Source: Octopus vulgaris (taxonomy: Eukaryota). From it: a stretch of 64,000 bases of DNA. The stretch is taken from the NCBI GenBank assembly GCA_951406725.2, contig OX597837.1, forward strand, positions 36,022,001 through 36,086,000, given 5' to 3'. The notes under the pieces were generated by a model, which saw only the letters and a program-made list of their open reading frames with translations, was not told the origin of the DNA and did not search any database. How positions within the stretch are numbered: position 1 is the stretch's first letter; each line of letters starts with the position of its first letter. Shown here piece after piece: positions 26,376 through 40,483 of this stretch. The position numbers and the translations under genes are program-made.

Positions 26376-26764
26376 GGTGTAGGAGTGGCTGTGTGGAAAG
26401 TAGCTTGCTAACCAACCACATGGTTCCAGGTTCAGTCCCACTGCATGGCATCTTGGGCAAGTGTCTTCTGCTATAGCCCCGGGCCGACCAATGCCTTGTG
26501 AGTGGATTTGGTAGACGGAAACTAAAAGAAGCCTGTCGTATATATGTATGTATATATAAGTGTGTGTGTATATGTTTGTGTGTCTGTGTTTGTCCCCCTA
26601 GCATTGCTTGACAACCGATGCTGGTGTGTTTACGTCCCCGTCACTTAGCAGTTCGGCAAAAGAGACCAATAGAATAAATACTGGGCTTACAAAGAATAAG
26701 TAAGCCCAGACTAAAGGCGGTGCTCCAGCATGGCCGCAGTCAAATGACTGAAACAAGTAAAAGA
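26376..26764 (+). mobile_element. SINE family A, near consensus
   Basis: Full-length match. Confidence 0.9.
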
Positions 26765-26790
26765 GAGATATACACACACACAAATATACA

Positions 26791-26830
<40 letters not shown>

Positions 26831-26960
26831 GCTCACAAACATACAATACATATACACACATATACAATACATGTGCACAAACATACACAGTGTATATATA
26901 CATATAAAGGCAGTGCTCCAGCATGTCCGCAGTCAAATGACAAACAAATAATAAAAGAAC

Positions 26961-27018
<58 letters not shown>

Positions 27019-27596
27019 ACACACGTGCGCATGCACCCACACACACATACGCACACATGTATATTTACACAACCATATATACATACATGTATGTGTATAC
27101 ATACAAATGCATATATACATGCATATACATGTACACACAAACACACATGTATATTTACACAACCATATACATACATGTATGTATATATACATACATGTAC
27201 ACACACACCCCTGCCTCTACATAAACACGGGATGATGACATGACTTGACTGATACATAAGAATGTAATGTGTCATCGTAATTAAGTCGGTAAATTAGATG
27301 ACAGCATTAAGGCTTTAACGACAAGATTTAGGTTTTGTACGTAAGATGATGTTGACACACCTTGGTATGGTATGTGAGTGGGCGATGCTGTGATTATGTG
27401 TGTGTGTGTGTGTGAATATAGTAAATGTCAAGCGAAGATGGATGGATAGGAGTTGGATGCTGGGAAAGTGACAAAAATGAGGGATATATATATATATATA
27501 TATAGATATAAATGATGTACTTAAATGTAGTTGTGTTTTTAGCTTCTGCTTTTTCCATGATCACATGTGAGTATTTTATTTATGTTCCCGCGTAAG

Positions 27597-27657
27597 CTCT
27601 ACTGAAGAAGAATATATCCTTTATAGGGATTAATTCCGAAATTGATTCAATATAGAG
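27597..27657 (+). ncRNA. Type I hammerhead ribozyme with extended stem II, in a (TA)n-flanked insert (about 27510-27790)
   Basis: CTCTA CTGAAGA A-GAAT at ATCCTT tat AGGGAT ta ATTC-C GAA ATTG att CAAT A TAGAG; perfect 5-bp stem I, AUA triplet. Confidence 0.85.
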
Positions 27658-27785
27658 ATAACGAAATCTAAATTTTCTAAAGGTTAGTTGCCCGCTTTCA
27701 GTTCAATTTTCCTGTAGCAAGTGTATTATAAGTGGATAAATCAGTGTATTGGCTATAGAATAACCTTCTTTAGCCCTTAATTATA

Positions 27786-27832
<47 letters not shown>

Positions 27833-28129
27833 CAGAAAAATGGTTTAAGGGAGATGAGGTGATGACTGGCAGTACAGAAATATAGGGGGTGTTGTGTGTG
27901 TGTGTGTAGGGGTGGGTGGGGGCTAAATGTAGTGAATGGGGAACAAATGAGGTTGGGTGGTTGATGGTAAATATGATTTTAAAGTAGGAAAAAATGAGGG
28001 AGGGATATCAGAAAAAGTCGATCAAGCGTGAAAGTAATGAGTGGCAATACAGAAGTGTGTGTGTGTGTGTGTGTAGGTGAATGGGGAACAAGGGTGGATG
28101 TGGGGTCAAGGGTGGGAAATTAAAGCTCA

Positions 28130-29220
28130 TCCTGCAAACAACATTAATCCCTCTCTCTTTCTCTCTCTCACTCTCTCTCTCTCTCTCACTTCACTTGAGC
28201 GAAAAACTTAGGCCTCAAACATTATTAACTACTGCCCTTCACCATACTTGAGTGAAAACTACTCCCTTAACCATTATTAATCTCTCTCTTTCTTACTCTC
28301 TCTCTCTCTCTCTCTCCCTCACCTAAGTTGAACGAAAACTTCCCTTAAACATTATTAACCTCTCACCCTCATCTCAGTTGAGTGAAAACTCTTGCCTTCC
28401 TTTAACCATTTTTAACCTCTTCCCTCACCTCACTCGAGTGAAAACTTGCCATAACTGTTTTAAACCTCTTTCCCTCATCTAAGTCGTATAAATGCTCTTG
28501 CCTCCACTCAACCATTATTAACCTCTTTTCCTCATCTCAACTGAGGGAAAACTTTGCTTAACAAATTATTAACTTCTCTCTCCCCCATCTCAGTTGAGTA
28601 AAAACCCTAACCCTCCCATCAACCATTATTAACCTCTTTCTTCCTCCTCTCAATTGAGTGAAAACTCTTGTCTCCCCTCAATTTTCATTAACTCCGCTCT
28701 CACTCAAGTTGAGTGAAAACTCGTCTTAATCATTATTAACTTCTCAACCTGATCTCAAGTGAAAACTCTTGCCTCCCCTCAATTTTCAATAACTCCACTC
28801 TCACTCAAGTTGAGTGAAAACTCGACTTAATCATTATTAACTTCTCGACCTGATCTCAAATGAAAACTCTTACCTCCCCTCAATTTTCATTAACTCCTCT
28901 CTCACTCAAGTTGAGGGAAAACTCATCTTAATCATAATTAACTTCTCAACCTGATCTCAAGTGAAAACTCTTGCCTCCCCTCAATTTTCATTAACTTCTC
29001 TCTCACTCAAGTTGAGGGAAAACTCATCTTAATCATAATTAACTTCTCAACCTGATCTCAAGTGAAAACTCTTGCCTCCCCTCAATTTTCATTAACTCCT
29101 CTCTCACTCAAGTTGAGTGAAAACTCGACTTAATCATTATTAACTTCTCAACCTGATCTCAAGTGAAAACTCTTGCATCACCTTAATCCCCTTAAACCAT
29201 TTATAACCCCATTTCCTCAA
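28130..29220. repeat. Satellite-like array: diverged ~50-58 bp monomers followed by about 5 homogeneous 101-bp dimers
   Basis: GATCTC at 28751, 28852, 28953, 29054 and 29155; each monomer has GTGAAAACT...ATTAAC. Confidence 0.95.
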
Positions 29221-29418
29221 CTTACTTCAGTGAAATTAAAATCCTAAAGCCCTTCCCTCAACCATCGCATCACAGCAACCCCTTTCACTTGCGCACCGTT
29301 TCCTTCAAACTCAACGATAAAAAATAGACATCAGTTTGTAATTTTAGATTCTCCAAAAACACAATAAGAAGCATCTTGCGGCAAGCTGGGCTGCTTCTGT
29401 CAAATTACCCCCTATATT

Positions 29419-29960
29419 TAGAGGTTATAAATATATAAGAAACTGCCTTGGGGTTGCTAATGGCCCCACCATGTTGAATTTCAGGGCCTTTAATGTATAT
29501 GTTTTTCATTTACTCGTGGCCATACTGGGACATCGCCTTGAAGAATTTTTAGTCGAATGACTAAGTGCACACATTGCTGGGGTGGGAGGGAGAGGGTAGG
29601 GGGTTGTTAAGTCTGATTCTTATTTCAGTGGTCCCTCATTGTTGCAATGCCGTTTTGTAGGAATGTAAACAAAGCAACACTGGTTGTCAAGTGATAGGAG
29701 TGGGGATACAGAAATACAAAGAGAGAAGAGGGGGGGAAGAGAGAGAGGGAGAAGAAAGAGAAAGAGGGGGGATGGATGAGCGAGAGGGAAGGGAGGTGAC
29801 AGAGAGGGATGGAGGAGAGAAAGAGAGGGGAGTGGGAGGTGGGAGAGGAGGAGAGAGAGAGGCCCGAAATTTTTCGGGGAGAGGGCCAGTCGATTACATC
29901 GACTCCAGTACACAACTGGTACTTAATTCATTGACCCCGAAGGGATGAAAGGCAAAGTCA
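29419..29960 (+). repeat. Dispersed ~530 bp duplication (second copy 32282-32812)
   Basis: AGAGGTTATAAATATATAAGAAAC...GAAAGGCAAAGTCA is near-identical at both sites, across several repeat junctions. Confidence 0.93.
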
Positions 29961-31516
29961 ACCTTGGTGGAATTTGAACTCAGAATATAAAGGCAGATGA
30001 AGTACCACTAAACATTTCGCCCGGCACGCTAATGTTTCTGCCAGCTTGCCACCTTTAATATTCTTTTCTATTCTTGGCACAAGGGTCGAAATTTTAGGGG
30101 AGGGGGCCAGATGATTAGATCGATCTCAGTACGTAACTGGTGCAAGCTGGCAGAAACGTTAGCACGCCGGGCGAAATGTGTAGCGGTATTTCGTCTGTCG
30201 CTACGTTTTGAGTTCAAATTCCGCTGAGGTCAACTTTGCCTTTCATCCTTTCGTGGTCGATTAAATAAGTACCAGTTATGCACTGGGGTCGATGTAATCG
30301 ACTTAATCCGTTTATCTGTCCTTGTTTGTCCTCTCTGTGTTTAGCTCCTTGTGGGTAATAAAGAAATAGGTACTTAAACTCACTTTACCGACCCCGAAAG
30401 GATGAAAGGCAAAGTCGACCTCGGCGGAATTTGAACTCAGAACATAAAGACTGATGAAATACTGTTAAGCATTTTGCCCAGTGTGCTAACGATTCTACCA
30501 GTTCATCGCCTTACCATAAACAGATAATTAATTATTAATCAAAGTTTCATGCAACTGTTCAGACCATGTTTTTGTGTGTTTGTATATTTGTTCTTGTACC
30601 CCACCATCAGTTGACAACCGACAAAGGATAAGTCCTGGGGTCAATTAGTTCAATTGAAGGTGGTGCTCCAGCATGGCCAGCTGTAGAAACCGTGCCAAGT
30701 TAGACTGGGGCCTGGTGCATCTCCCCAGTTTGCCAGCTCTGGTCAAACTGTCCAACCCATGCCAGCATGGACAATGGACATTAAATGATGATGATGATGG
30801 TGATGATGATAACGAAAGCTAACCTCTGGAGTTTGTAGCTCAGGTAACGTAGATCTATCTGACCATGTGCATGTGCATGTGACCGTGTGTTTGTGCACGT
30901 GTGTGTGCATTGTGTGAAATGAAGGTGTTGCAGGTGAAACAGAGACGTTATAACAAACAACATTTCTGCCGTAGGTGTGTGTATGTGTACATGTACGTGT
31001 GTGTGTGTGTGTTTGAAATTGAGTGTGTGAAATATACCTGTTAATTAATCAAGTGTGTGTGTGTGTGAAATAAATTTGATTAGATTTGTTAACTGAAATA
31101 ATTAAACAATCAGGTATGGGAATTTGTGACCAAGATACATTTATCTCTCACACATGCACACACACATAAACACACATGTATATACGTATGCACACTCATG
31201 TATATGCATGTGTGTGTGGTAGACACACAAAAAATTCCGTCTAATGATGTGATGTAATATGTATGATAAGTGCTCGGGTTGGCTTACTATAAAAACTAAC
31301 TTGAACAGCAACTAAAACATAAGTGGGTGTTGTGGTTGCCCTGCAAAGAATAGCTATAAGTGACTCATCATTGAGCAAGTAGATATATATTAGAGAGAGA
31401 GAGAGAGAGTGAACAGGCAAGACATGTGCTATCACTTTAGAGAGTGTAATTTATAAATCAAACACAATTGTAAAACTGTTAGAGAAAACAAGGGATTAAG
31501 AAATAATGCATAATAT

Positions 31517-31611
31517 CTCTTTACAGCTGTTTCCAGAATAGTTGTGTATATGGTGCATAGGTCATTGAGCAAAGATTTCTATATAAGTTAAACTATACTG
31601 TCTCCAAAGAG
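31517..31611 (-). ncRNA. Decayed type I hammerhead with long stem II
   Basis: CTCTT tggaga CAGTATAGTT...AACTATTCTG GAAA CAGCTG TA AAGAG; stems intact but CUGANGA box mutated. Confidence 0.55.
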
Positions 31612-33654
31612 GAAGAATTAAATAATATCCTTAATGTGTTGTATGTGAGTGTGTGTGTATATAACTATATATATATATGTGTGTGTGTATGTGTATATAT
31701 ACATGTATGTATGTATGTATGTATGTAGCTTTTATCTTTTACTTGTTTCAGTAATTAGGCTGTGGTCATTCTGGGAAGCCTGGTATTTATTCTATCTGTC
31801 TTATTTACCGAACCACTAAGTTATGGGATGTAAACACACTAACACCAGTTGTCAAGCAGTGGGGTGGGGGAGACAAACACAGCCACAAAGACACACACAC
31901 ACATATACACACATATATATGACAGGCTTCTTTTCAGTTTCCATCTACAAAATTAACTCACAAGGCTTTGGTTGGCCCAAGGCTATAGTAGAAGACACTT
32001 TGCCCAAGGTGCCACACAGTGGGACTGAACCCGGAACCATGTGGTTGAGAAGCAAGCTTCTTACCACACAGCCACACCCACAGGAAAACAAAGATAAGAA
32101 ATCTGGTAAAAGGGGAAAAAATGCTTCAAATTATTTTAATTAAAAAAAAAACAGCCATGAAAATTTCATGTAAATTTCTGTTCCAAACACCTGCTTAATT
32201 ATTATGAAGATTAACTTTTTTGTTATTTTCAGAATTAATTGAAATAAAATCTTTGTATTTCAAGACACATATTGTATCACAAGAGGTTATAAATATATAA
32301 GAAACAGCCTTGGGGTTGCTAATGGCCCCACCATGTTGAATTTCAGGGCCTTTAATGTATATGTTTTTCATTGACTCGTGGCCATACTGGGGCATCACCT
32401 TGAAGAATTTTTAGTCAAATGACTAAGTGCACACATTGCTGGGGTGGGAGGAGGTGAGGGTGAGGGGTTGTTAAGTCTGATTCTTATTTTAGTGGTCCCT
32501 CATGGTTGCAATGCCGTTTTATAGGAATGTAAACAAAGCAACACTGGTTGTCAAGTGATAGGAGTGGGGATACAGAAACACAAAGAGAGAAGAGGAGGGG
32601 AGAGAGAGAGGGGGGAGAAGAAAGAGAAAGAGGAGGGAAGGGAGGTGACTGAGAGGAATGAAGGAGAGAAAGAGAGGGGAGTGGGAGGAGGGAGAGGAGG
32701 AGAGAGAGAGAGAGGCCTGAAATTTTGGGGGGAGAGGGCCAGTCGATTACATTGACCCCAGTACACAACTGGTACTTAATTCATTGACCCCGAAGGGATG
32801 AAAGGCAAAGTCACAAGAAATTAGACAAAAAATCTTTGTATTTCAAGACACGTATGGTATCACAAGGGTTAAAGAATAAATACCAAAACACCTCATCTGT
32901 GACTAAACTACCATTCCCCCAAACCAGTCACCGCTGATGTCTGTCATTTCATAAGATAACCTCCTACTTGCTGTGGTGTATAAAATTGGCCGTCAACAGC
33001 AGGTAAGTTTTCTCACCTGAAGTGTGATGAAATTAAACCTAACCCAGCCACCTCTGAAACACTCCCCACCCCCCGCCCCCTGAATGTTAATGCTGCCAAC
33101 TCAAGTGTGACACAAATATACTCCTATCATGTGTGTGGGGGGAGGGGGGGCAGGTGAGTGTGTGTTTGTGTGTGGGAGCGTGTGTGGGTGTGTATATGGG
33201 TGGGTGTGTGTGGGTGTATATGGGTGCGTAGGTGTGTATGGGTATGTGTGTGTGTGTATGGGTGTTGTATGGGTGTGTGTATGGGTGAGTGTGCATGACT
33301 GTGTGTATGTATGGGAGTGTGTGTGGATGGGAGTGTGTGTGTGTGTGCATGTGTGTGTATATATATATATGCATGCAAATGATGTGCACATGTCTGTGTG
33401 TATGAGCATGCATGTGTGTGTATATATGCATGCATGTATAGGTATGTATCCATCTATGGGGATATGTGTGTGTGTGTGTGTGTGCATGGTGGTGTATGTA
33501 TGCATTAGTATATACGTGTGTGTGTGTGTGTGTGAGAGCATAGGTATATATGTGTGAACTCACACGTATATATCTATTCACATGTGTGTCCATGAGTATT
33601 GTGTGTGTGTGTGTGTGTGATTATAACAGCATTTTTACAAGTGTGTCAAATCGA

Positions 33655-33870
33655 AGAATTCTTACTTAGAATCGCTTACCTGGAACCACTAACAGCAAGG
33701 GGCTGTTATTAGCTCAGCTGTGTCAATCAGAGTCAGCGCCTACGCCGCCACAATCACTACCACCATCTCCAAACTGACTGTTCGTTAGTGCTCTGTCATC
33801 ACAGGTGCCAATCAGAGAAACGGCAGAGAGAAGCTGCCAGATTTAAAACAACACCTGATCTGTCACCAAG
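33655..33870. promoter_or_regulatory. Candidate enhancer or alternative promoter island
   Basis: Unique sequence with TGTCAATCA (Pbx/TALE-type), several CTGTCA, E-boxes CAGCTG/CAGGTG/CACCTG, CCAATCA and retained CpGs. Confidence 0.35.
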
Positions 33871-34087
33871 TTAAGTTGTTTTTTTTTTTTTTTGGAGGGG
33901 GGATCTTTTAAAATTTTTTTTGTCGCTTTTTGATTTTTTTTGTATCGATTGCGTCTTTCTTCCTCTTCTTTTTTCTCATCTAGGCAGACACAAACAGCTA
34001 TTTACTCAACCGGAACCTTCCGTCTTCACCCATGTATGACACTGATAAGGATCACAAGTTTTTATACATTTGCATGCGTGCGTGTGT

Positions 34088-34536
34088 GTATAATATACAT
34101 ACATATATATATATATATACACATATATATATATATACATACATATATATACACATATATATATATATACATATACACACACATATATAATATACAATAT
34201 ATAACATACATACATATATACACATATATATATACAATATATATATACATATATATATACATATATATATATACATATATATATACATATATATACATAC
34301 ATATATATATACATATATATACATACATATATATATACATATATATACATACATATATATACACATATATATACATACATATATATACACATATATATAT
34401 ATACACATATATATATACACATATATATATACACATATATATACACACATATATATATATACACACACATATATATACATATATATATATATATACACAC
34501 ATATATATACATATATACACATATATACACACACAT

Positions 34537-34570
<34 letters not shown>

Positions 34571-34598
34571 ATATACATATATATATATATACACACAT

Positions 34599-34632
<34 letters not shown>

Positions 34633-35010
34633 ATATACATATATATATATACATACACACATATATATACATATATATATATACACACATATATATACAT
34701 ATATATATATACACACATATATATACATATATATATATACACACATATATATACATATATATATATACACACATATATATACATATATATATATACACAC
34801 ATATATATACATATATATATATACACACATATATACACATATATATATACACACATATATACACATATATATATATATACATATATATATACACATATAT
34901 ATATATACACATATATATACATATATATATACACATATATATACACATATATATATACACATATATATATACACATATATATATACATATACATATATAT
35001 ATACATATAC

Positions 35011-35057
<47 letters not shown>

Positions 35058-35058
35058 T
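34088..35058. repeat. ~1 kb (TA)/(CA) compound microsatellite
   Basis: Direct reading. Confidence 0.99.
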
Positions 35059-35414
35059 GCATACAATTTATGCATATATATATTGATTGATTGATATTAA
35101 GAAAGATATAAATACACACAAAGAAACGAACAGAGTTATATATAGCCCCAAATGCGGAAGTACGTGCATGTGTGAATGTTTCTACACACACACACACACA
35201 GATATATATGTATATTTTTTGGGGGAAATTAAATGTTACGGCCAGTCACTCTATGACCTGACATGACATTTAACTTCCTAAAAAATATACTACAGCTTTA
35301 GAGTATGTTTTTTATTTTTCGAATATATGAACTGTAATGTATGCGTGTATATATATATATTATAGATATGTTTATATATATGTATATATGTGAATATCTG
35401 TATATATGTGTGTG

Positions 35415-35450
<36 letters not shown>

Positions 35451-35481
35451 TATATACATACATATATATATCCCTATATAT

Positions 35482-35888
35482 ATCATCATCATCATCTTTT
35501 AACGTCCGTTCTCCATGCTAGCATGGGTTGGACGGTTCGACCGGGGATCTGGGAAGCCAGAAGGCTGCACCAGGCAAAACAGGGCTATAAAATAAGTACT
35601 GAGTTCAATAAAGAAGTCCTGGGTTCGATTTGTTCCACTAACACCCTTTAAGCCAGATGCCCTTCCTAACGCCAACCACTCCGTGAGTGTAGTGGGTGCT
35701 TTTTACGTGCCACCTGCACAGGTGTCAGGTGAGGCTGGCAATGGCCACGGTCGGATTGGTGTATTTTACGTGCCACCGGCACGGAAGCCAGTCGAGGCGG
35801 CACTGGCATCGGCCACGAATTAGGATGGTGCTTTTTACGTGCCACCGGCACGAAAGCCAGTCGAGGCGGCGCTGGCATCAGCCACGAT
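35482..35888 (-). mobile_element. SINE-like family E with three diverged internal subunits
   Basis: TTTTACGTGCCACCKGCAC at about 35702, 35765 and 35833. Confidence 0.85.
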
Positions 35889-36860
35889 ATATATATATAT
35901 ATATGCACATTTACCAACCACATGGTTCCGGGTTCAGTCCCACTGTGTGGAACCTTGGGCCAGCCAAAGCCTTGCAAGTGGATTTGGTAGACGGAAACTG
36001 AAAGAAGCCCGTCGTATATACACAGCCATGCCTGCACCTATTTAAAAAAAATATTACACATAGGTACACAATCCTATGTGTAATACACATACGCATACAA
36101 ACACATGAAGACCTATACAAATATATACATACACACACACACACACACATTATCCCATCCGTTTCCTTTTGATTCTCTAGTTGCCCTTTACGATATCCCT
36201 CATGTTTCCAGAAGTACCAAAGTTCCCTGAAAACAGGTTGTCAGGCCTTCTCTCAACCCTTTTCTGATTTTCTGGTTAAAAAGGTTTGCTAAGTGGAACT
36301 GCATGTGAGACCCTCCTGAGGGTACAAAGTACTTGATACAGGGAGAGAAAAAGGGAGGAGGAGAGTGGGAGGAGAGCAGGTGTGGGTAGACCCCTTATGA
36401 CCCTTCTTATGACACTATGTACTCTACTCCAAGAGAGAAAGAGGGAGGGAGAGAGAGTTAGAGAGGGAAGACAGAAAATATGAAAAAGAGAGAGAAAGAG
36501 AGAAAGACAGAGAAAGGGAGTGAGAGAGAGAAAGGGAGTGAGAGAGAAAAAAGGAGTGAGAGAGAGAAAGGGAGTGAGAGAGAGAGAAAGGGAGTGAGAG
36601 AGAGAGAAAGGGAGTGAAACAGAGAAAGAAAGAGAGGGAAAGAGAGAGACAGAGAAAGAGACACAAGAGGAGACAGAGAGAGGGTAGGTTTTTGACTGAT
36701 TCTGTCTTTATTGATCTTGAAAGGATGAAAGGCCAAGTTGACCTTGGCAAGACTTCAACTCTGAACACAAAAGAACCAGAACAGCTAGAAGAAGGAACCA
36801 AGTCTGCAACTCTCCCACCATTCTGCCAAACCACTACCCTACTACACACATCTGCATCTG

Positions 36861-36899
<39 letters not shown>

Positions 36900-36931
36900 A
36901 TATATATAGACATATAATATATATGCATAAC

Positions 36932-37395
36932 CTGTGAAGTAGACAAGTGAACAGGGCATGCACATACACACACACACATGTGGCAGGCTTCTTTCAGTTT
37001 CTATCTACCAAATCCACTTACAAGGCCCTGGGGCTATAGTAGAAGACACTTAAACATTTAAACTGGCCCAATCCAACAAAAATATTCTGACTCTTTTTTA
37101 TATTCAACATGGCTAGATAATGTATGATTAATTTAAAACAATGTGAATTAATAGGTGTAGGGGTGGCTGTGGGGTAAAAGGTTTATTTCCCAATCACATG
37201 ATTCTGGGTTCTGTGAAGTAGACAAGTAAACAGGGCATGCACATACACACACACATTTGGTAGGCTTCTTTCAGTTTCTATCTACCAAATCCACTCACAA
37301 GGCCCTGGGGCTATAGTAGAAGACACTTAAACATTTAAACTGGCCCAATCCAACAAAAATATTCTGACCCTTTTTTATATTCAACATGGCTAGAT
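36932..37395. repeat. Local tandem duplication, 279-bp period
   Basis: CTGTGAAGTAGACAAG at 36932 and 37211. Confidence 0.9.
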
Positions 37396-38021
37396 ACCTA
37401 CCTGGCTAGACACCTACCTTAGAATGTCACTCTAAAAATAAACAATCACATCATAGAAATCTCAAATCTCAAATTCAAGGCAGTGAGTTGGAGGAAACGC
37501 TAGCATGCTAGGTGAAATGCTTATCGGTATTTCGTCTGCCATTACGTTTTGAGTTCAAATTCCGCCGAGGTCGACTTTGTCTTCCATCCCTTCAGGGTCG
37601 ATAAATTAAGTACCAGTTACGCACTGGAATCAATGTAATCGAATTAATCGCTTTGTCTGTCCTTGTTTGTCCCCTCTATGTTTAGCCCCTTGTGGGCAAT
37701 AAAGAAATAAGAAATCTCAAAGCTACAAGATAATGTATGATTAATTTAAAACTATGTGAATTAATAGGTGCAGAAATGGCTGTGGGGTAAAAGGTTTATT
37801 TCCCAATCACATGATTCTGGGTTCTGTCCCACTGTGTGGTACCTTGGGCAAGTGTCTTTTACTATCACCTCAGGCTGACCAAAGCTTTGTGAGTGAGGGG
37901 AGAGTGGATTTAGTAGACAGAAACTGGAAGAAACCCGTCATGTGTATGCAAATATATGATGGCTCGTGACCGAGGTAGACCATTGCCAACCTTCAGGAAC
38001 ATTGTGCGCTCTAGGACTAAC

Positions 38022-38306
38022 TTATATTTTGCATTTGCTGCTCCGTTGGTGGCTAATGAGCCCTGCTCTTGACAAGCATACACGACTGCAAACATTGCAG
38101 ACCAAGCTTTCCCCATTCACTCCACCAGCAGTGCACTTCCAAGTGACTTGCTTAAGTTCTTCATGCTGAATACATATTCTCTCAAAAGTGTCGACCCCAA
38201 CTCCTTAACCTGCTTCCTCCATCTGTGGCGATGACAGGCAGTGCTATCCCAGTCAGTCCCCTGCATATCACAGGACTTTTAATGATAACTTTATACAGTC
38301 CTTAAA
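38022..38306 (-). pseudogene. RTE-clade LINE 3' end with terminal zinc-finger-like motif
   Basis: FKDCIKLSLK/SCDMQGTDWDSTACHRHRWRKQVKE/GVDTFE...LVCNVCSRVCLSRAGLISHQRSSKCKI*; two frameshifts; short 3' UTR to about 37955. Confidence 0.85.
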
Positions 38307-38474
38307 TGTATATGTGTGTATATATATATATATATAAAATTATTAAAATAAATGTCCTACTATACTCCTTGTTGATTTTAAATTTTTTCCTTCTTTCCTG
38401 AGCATCCAGTAATACTATATTTGTTCCACGTCCTTGTGTTGTTGTGTTTTTTTTTTTGTGTTTTCTTGTTTGGA

Positions 38475-38513
<39 letters not shown>

Positions 38514-38545
38514 TTTATTTAAAAGCAGCAGAAATATAACAAAAG

Positions 38546-38583
38546 CTGTTACTCGGAGTTTCACGTTCCTGTTCATCGGACAG
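38546..38583 (-). ncRNA. Minimal type I hammerhead variant (CCGATGA core), same family as 46025
   Basis: CTGT CCGATGA ACAGGAACGT GAA ACTC c GAGT A ACAG. Confidence 0.6.
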
Positions 38584-38594
38584 TTTTGTTAAAA

Positions 38595-38634
<40 letters not shown>

Positions 38635-39293
38635 TTTTTTGAACTTGTTTCAGTCATTTGACTGCAGCCATGCTGGAGCACCGCCAATTTTATTAAAGTA
38701 TTATATAAGAGTACAGCAGGGATCACCACCATCCCCTGCCGGAGCCTTGTGGAGCTTTTAGGTGTTTTCGCTCAGTAAACACACACAACGCCCGGTCTGG
38801 GAATCGAAACCACGATCCTCCGACCGCAAGTCCGCTGCCCTAACCACTATATATATATATATAACCTCCATATATTATGGAGATGTAATTGCATAGCAAG
38901 TGACCTGATCTGAGATCATGTGCTGGATCGAAAACTGGGCTTCTTTCAGTTTCTGTCTACCAAATCCACTCACAAGGCTTTGACACTGTGCCACACACAC
39001 TGGGTCTGAACCAGAGACCATGTGTTTGGGAAGCAGGCCTCTTACCTCACAGCCACGACTATGCCTATCCCAGGGTCAAATGTGTGAGAACAAAAAAGGA
39101 GGGCCGACTTCATTTTTCCCACGACGGGGGAGGGGTGAAGGGGAGAGGGGGCAGATGGGAGTGGGCGTTGGGGGAGGGGACAGAGGCAGTGATTGTACAA
39201 GGGGTGTGTGCATGAGGGAGAACAAAATGACAGAGCATGTATTGTTAGAAAAGGGAAGGAGTGTGTGCGTGCATGAGAGAGAGAGAGAGGAGA

Positions 39294-39334
<41 letters not shown>

Positions 39335-39459
39335 TGTATGCATGTGTGTATCTGTAGGGAACCTCATTTCCTTCACACAAGGATTTACTGACATACAAAA
39401 GCCTATCCCTGCTGGGTGTATATTCATCTGATCTGAATTCTCTTTATACATACATGGTT

Positions 39460-40052
39460 TTATACACTCACACGCACACACATAAATATATACATACATA
39501 CACACACATATGTACACACATATACATACACACACACATATGTATATATACACACACACACATACACACACATATATATATACACACATATATACACACA
39601 CACATATGTATATATACACACATATATACACACATATATATATACACATATATACACACACACATGTATATATACACAAATATATACACACACACATATA
39701 TATACATATACACACACACATATATATACATATACACACACACATATATATACATATACACACACATAAATATACACACACACACATATATATATACACA
39801 CACACACATATATACATACATACATACATATCTACAGACATACATATATACACATACGTATATATATATACATACATATCTACAGACATACATATATACA
39901 CATACGTATATACATACATATATATATATCTACAGACATACATATATACACATACGTATATATATACATATATATATCTACAGACATACATATATACACA
40001 TACGTATATATATACATATATATATCTACAGACATACATATATACACATACG

Positions 40053-40085
<33 letters not shown>
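39460..40085. repeat. (CA/TA) microsatellite grading into a ~45-50 bp minisatellite
   Basis: ATCTACAGACATACATATATACACATACGT recurs five times from 39830. Confidence 0.95.
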
Positions 40086-40313
40086 CAGGGTGGTGGGTAA
40101 CCTGGGATGACAAAAGCGATCAGACACAGAAACGGTGTCTCGGACCAATAAAGAGAGTTTGTCACGTGGCAGGTTTCTTAGAAATTAGCTTCCTAGAAAC
40201 AACAACCACCTCTCCCTCAAACCAAACCCATTTCACATTGGCACACAAACAGTTTCTACTCCTGAAGTAAATCAGGGCAAATAAATAAGTCTGCTGGATA
40301 AAGTTTCCATATA

Positions 40314-40358
<45 letters not shown>

Positions 40359-40483
40359 TGTGTGTGTGTGCATGCGTGTGTGTGTGTGTGCATGTGTGTG
40401 TGTGTTAATGTTTCTTTTTATGTTATTGAAAAAAACAATTTTATATTAAACTGAAAAATTAATATTTTTTGGTTAGAAATTTT

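Noticed and set aside
31270-31380. Hammerhead-like TGATGAGTCAC on the minus strand
   Set aside because: C3 missing and no in-register GAAA or stem II partner.
38022-38110. C2H2 zinc-finger gene exon
   Set aside because: A single finger-like motif contiguous with a frameshifted RTE LINE C-terminus.
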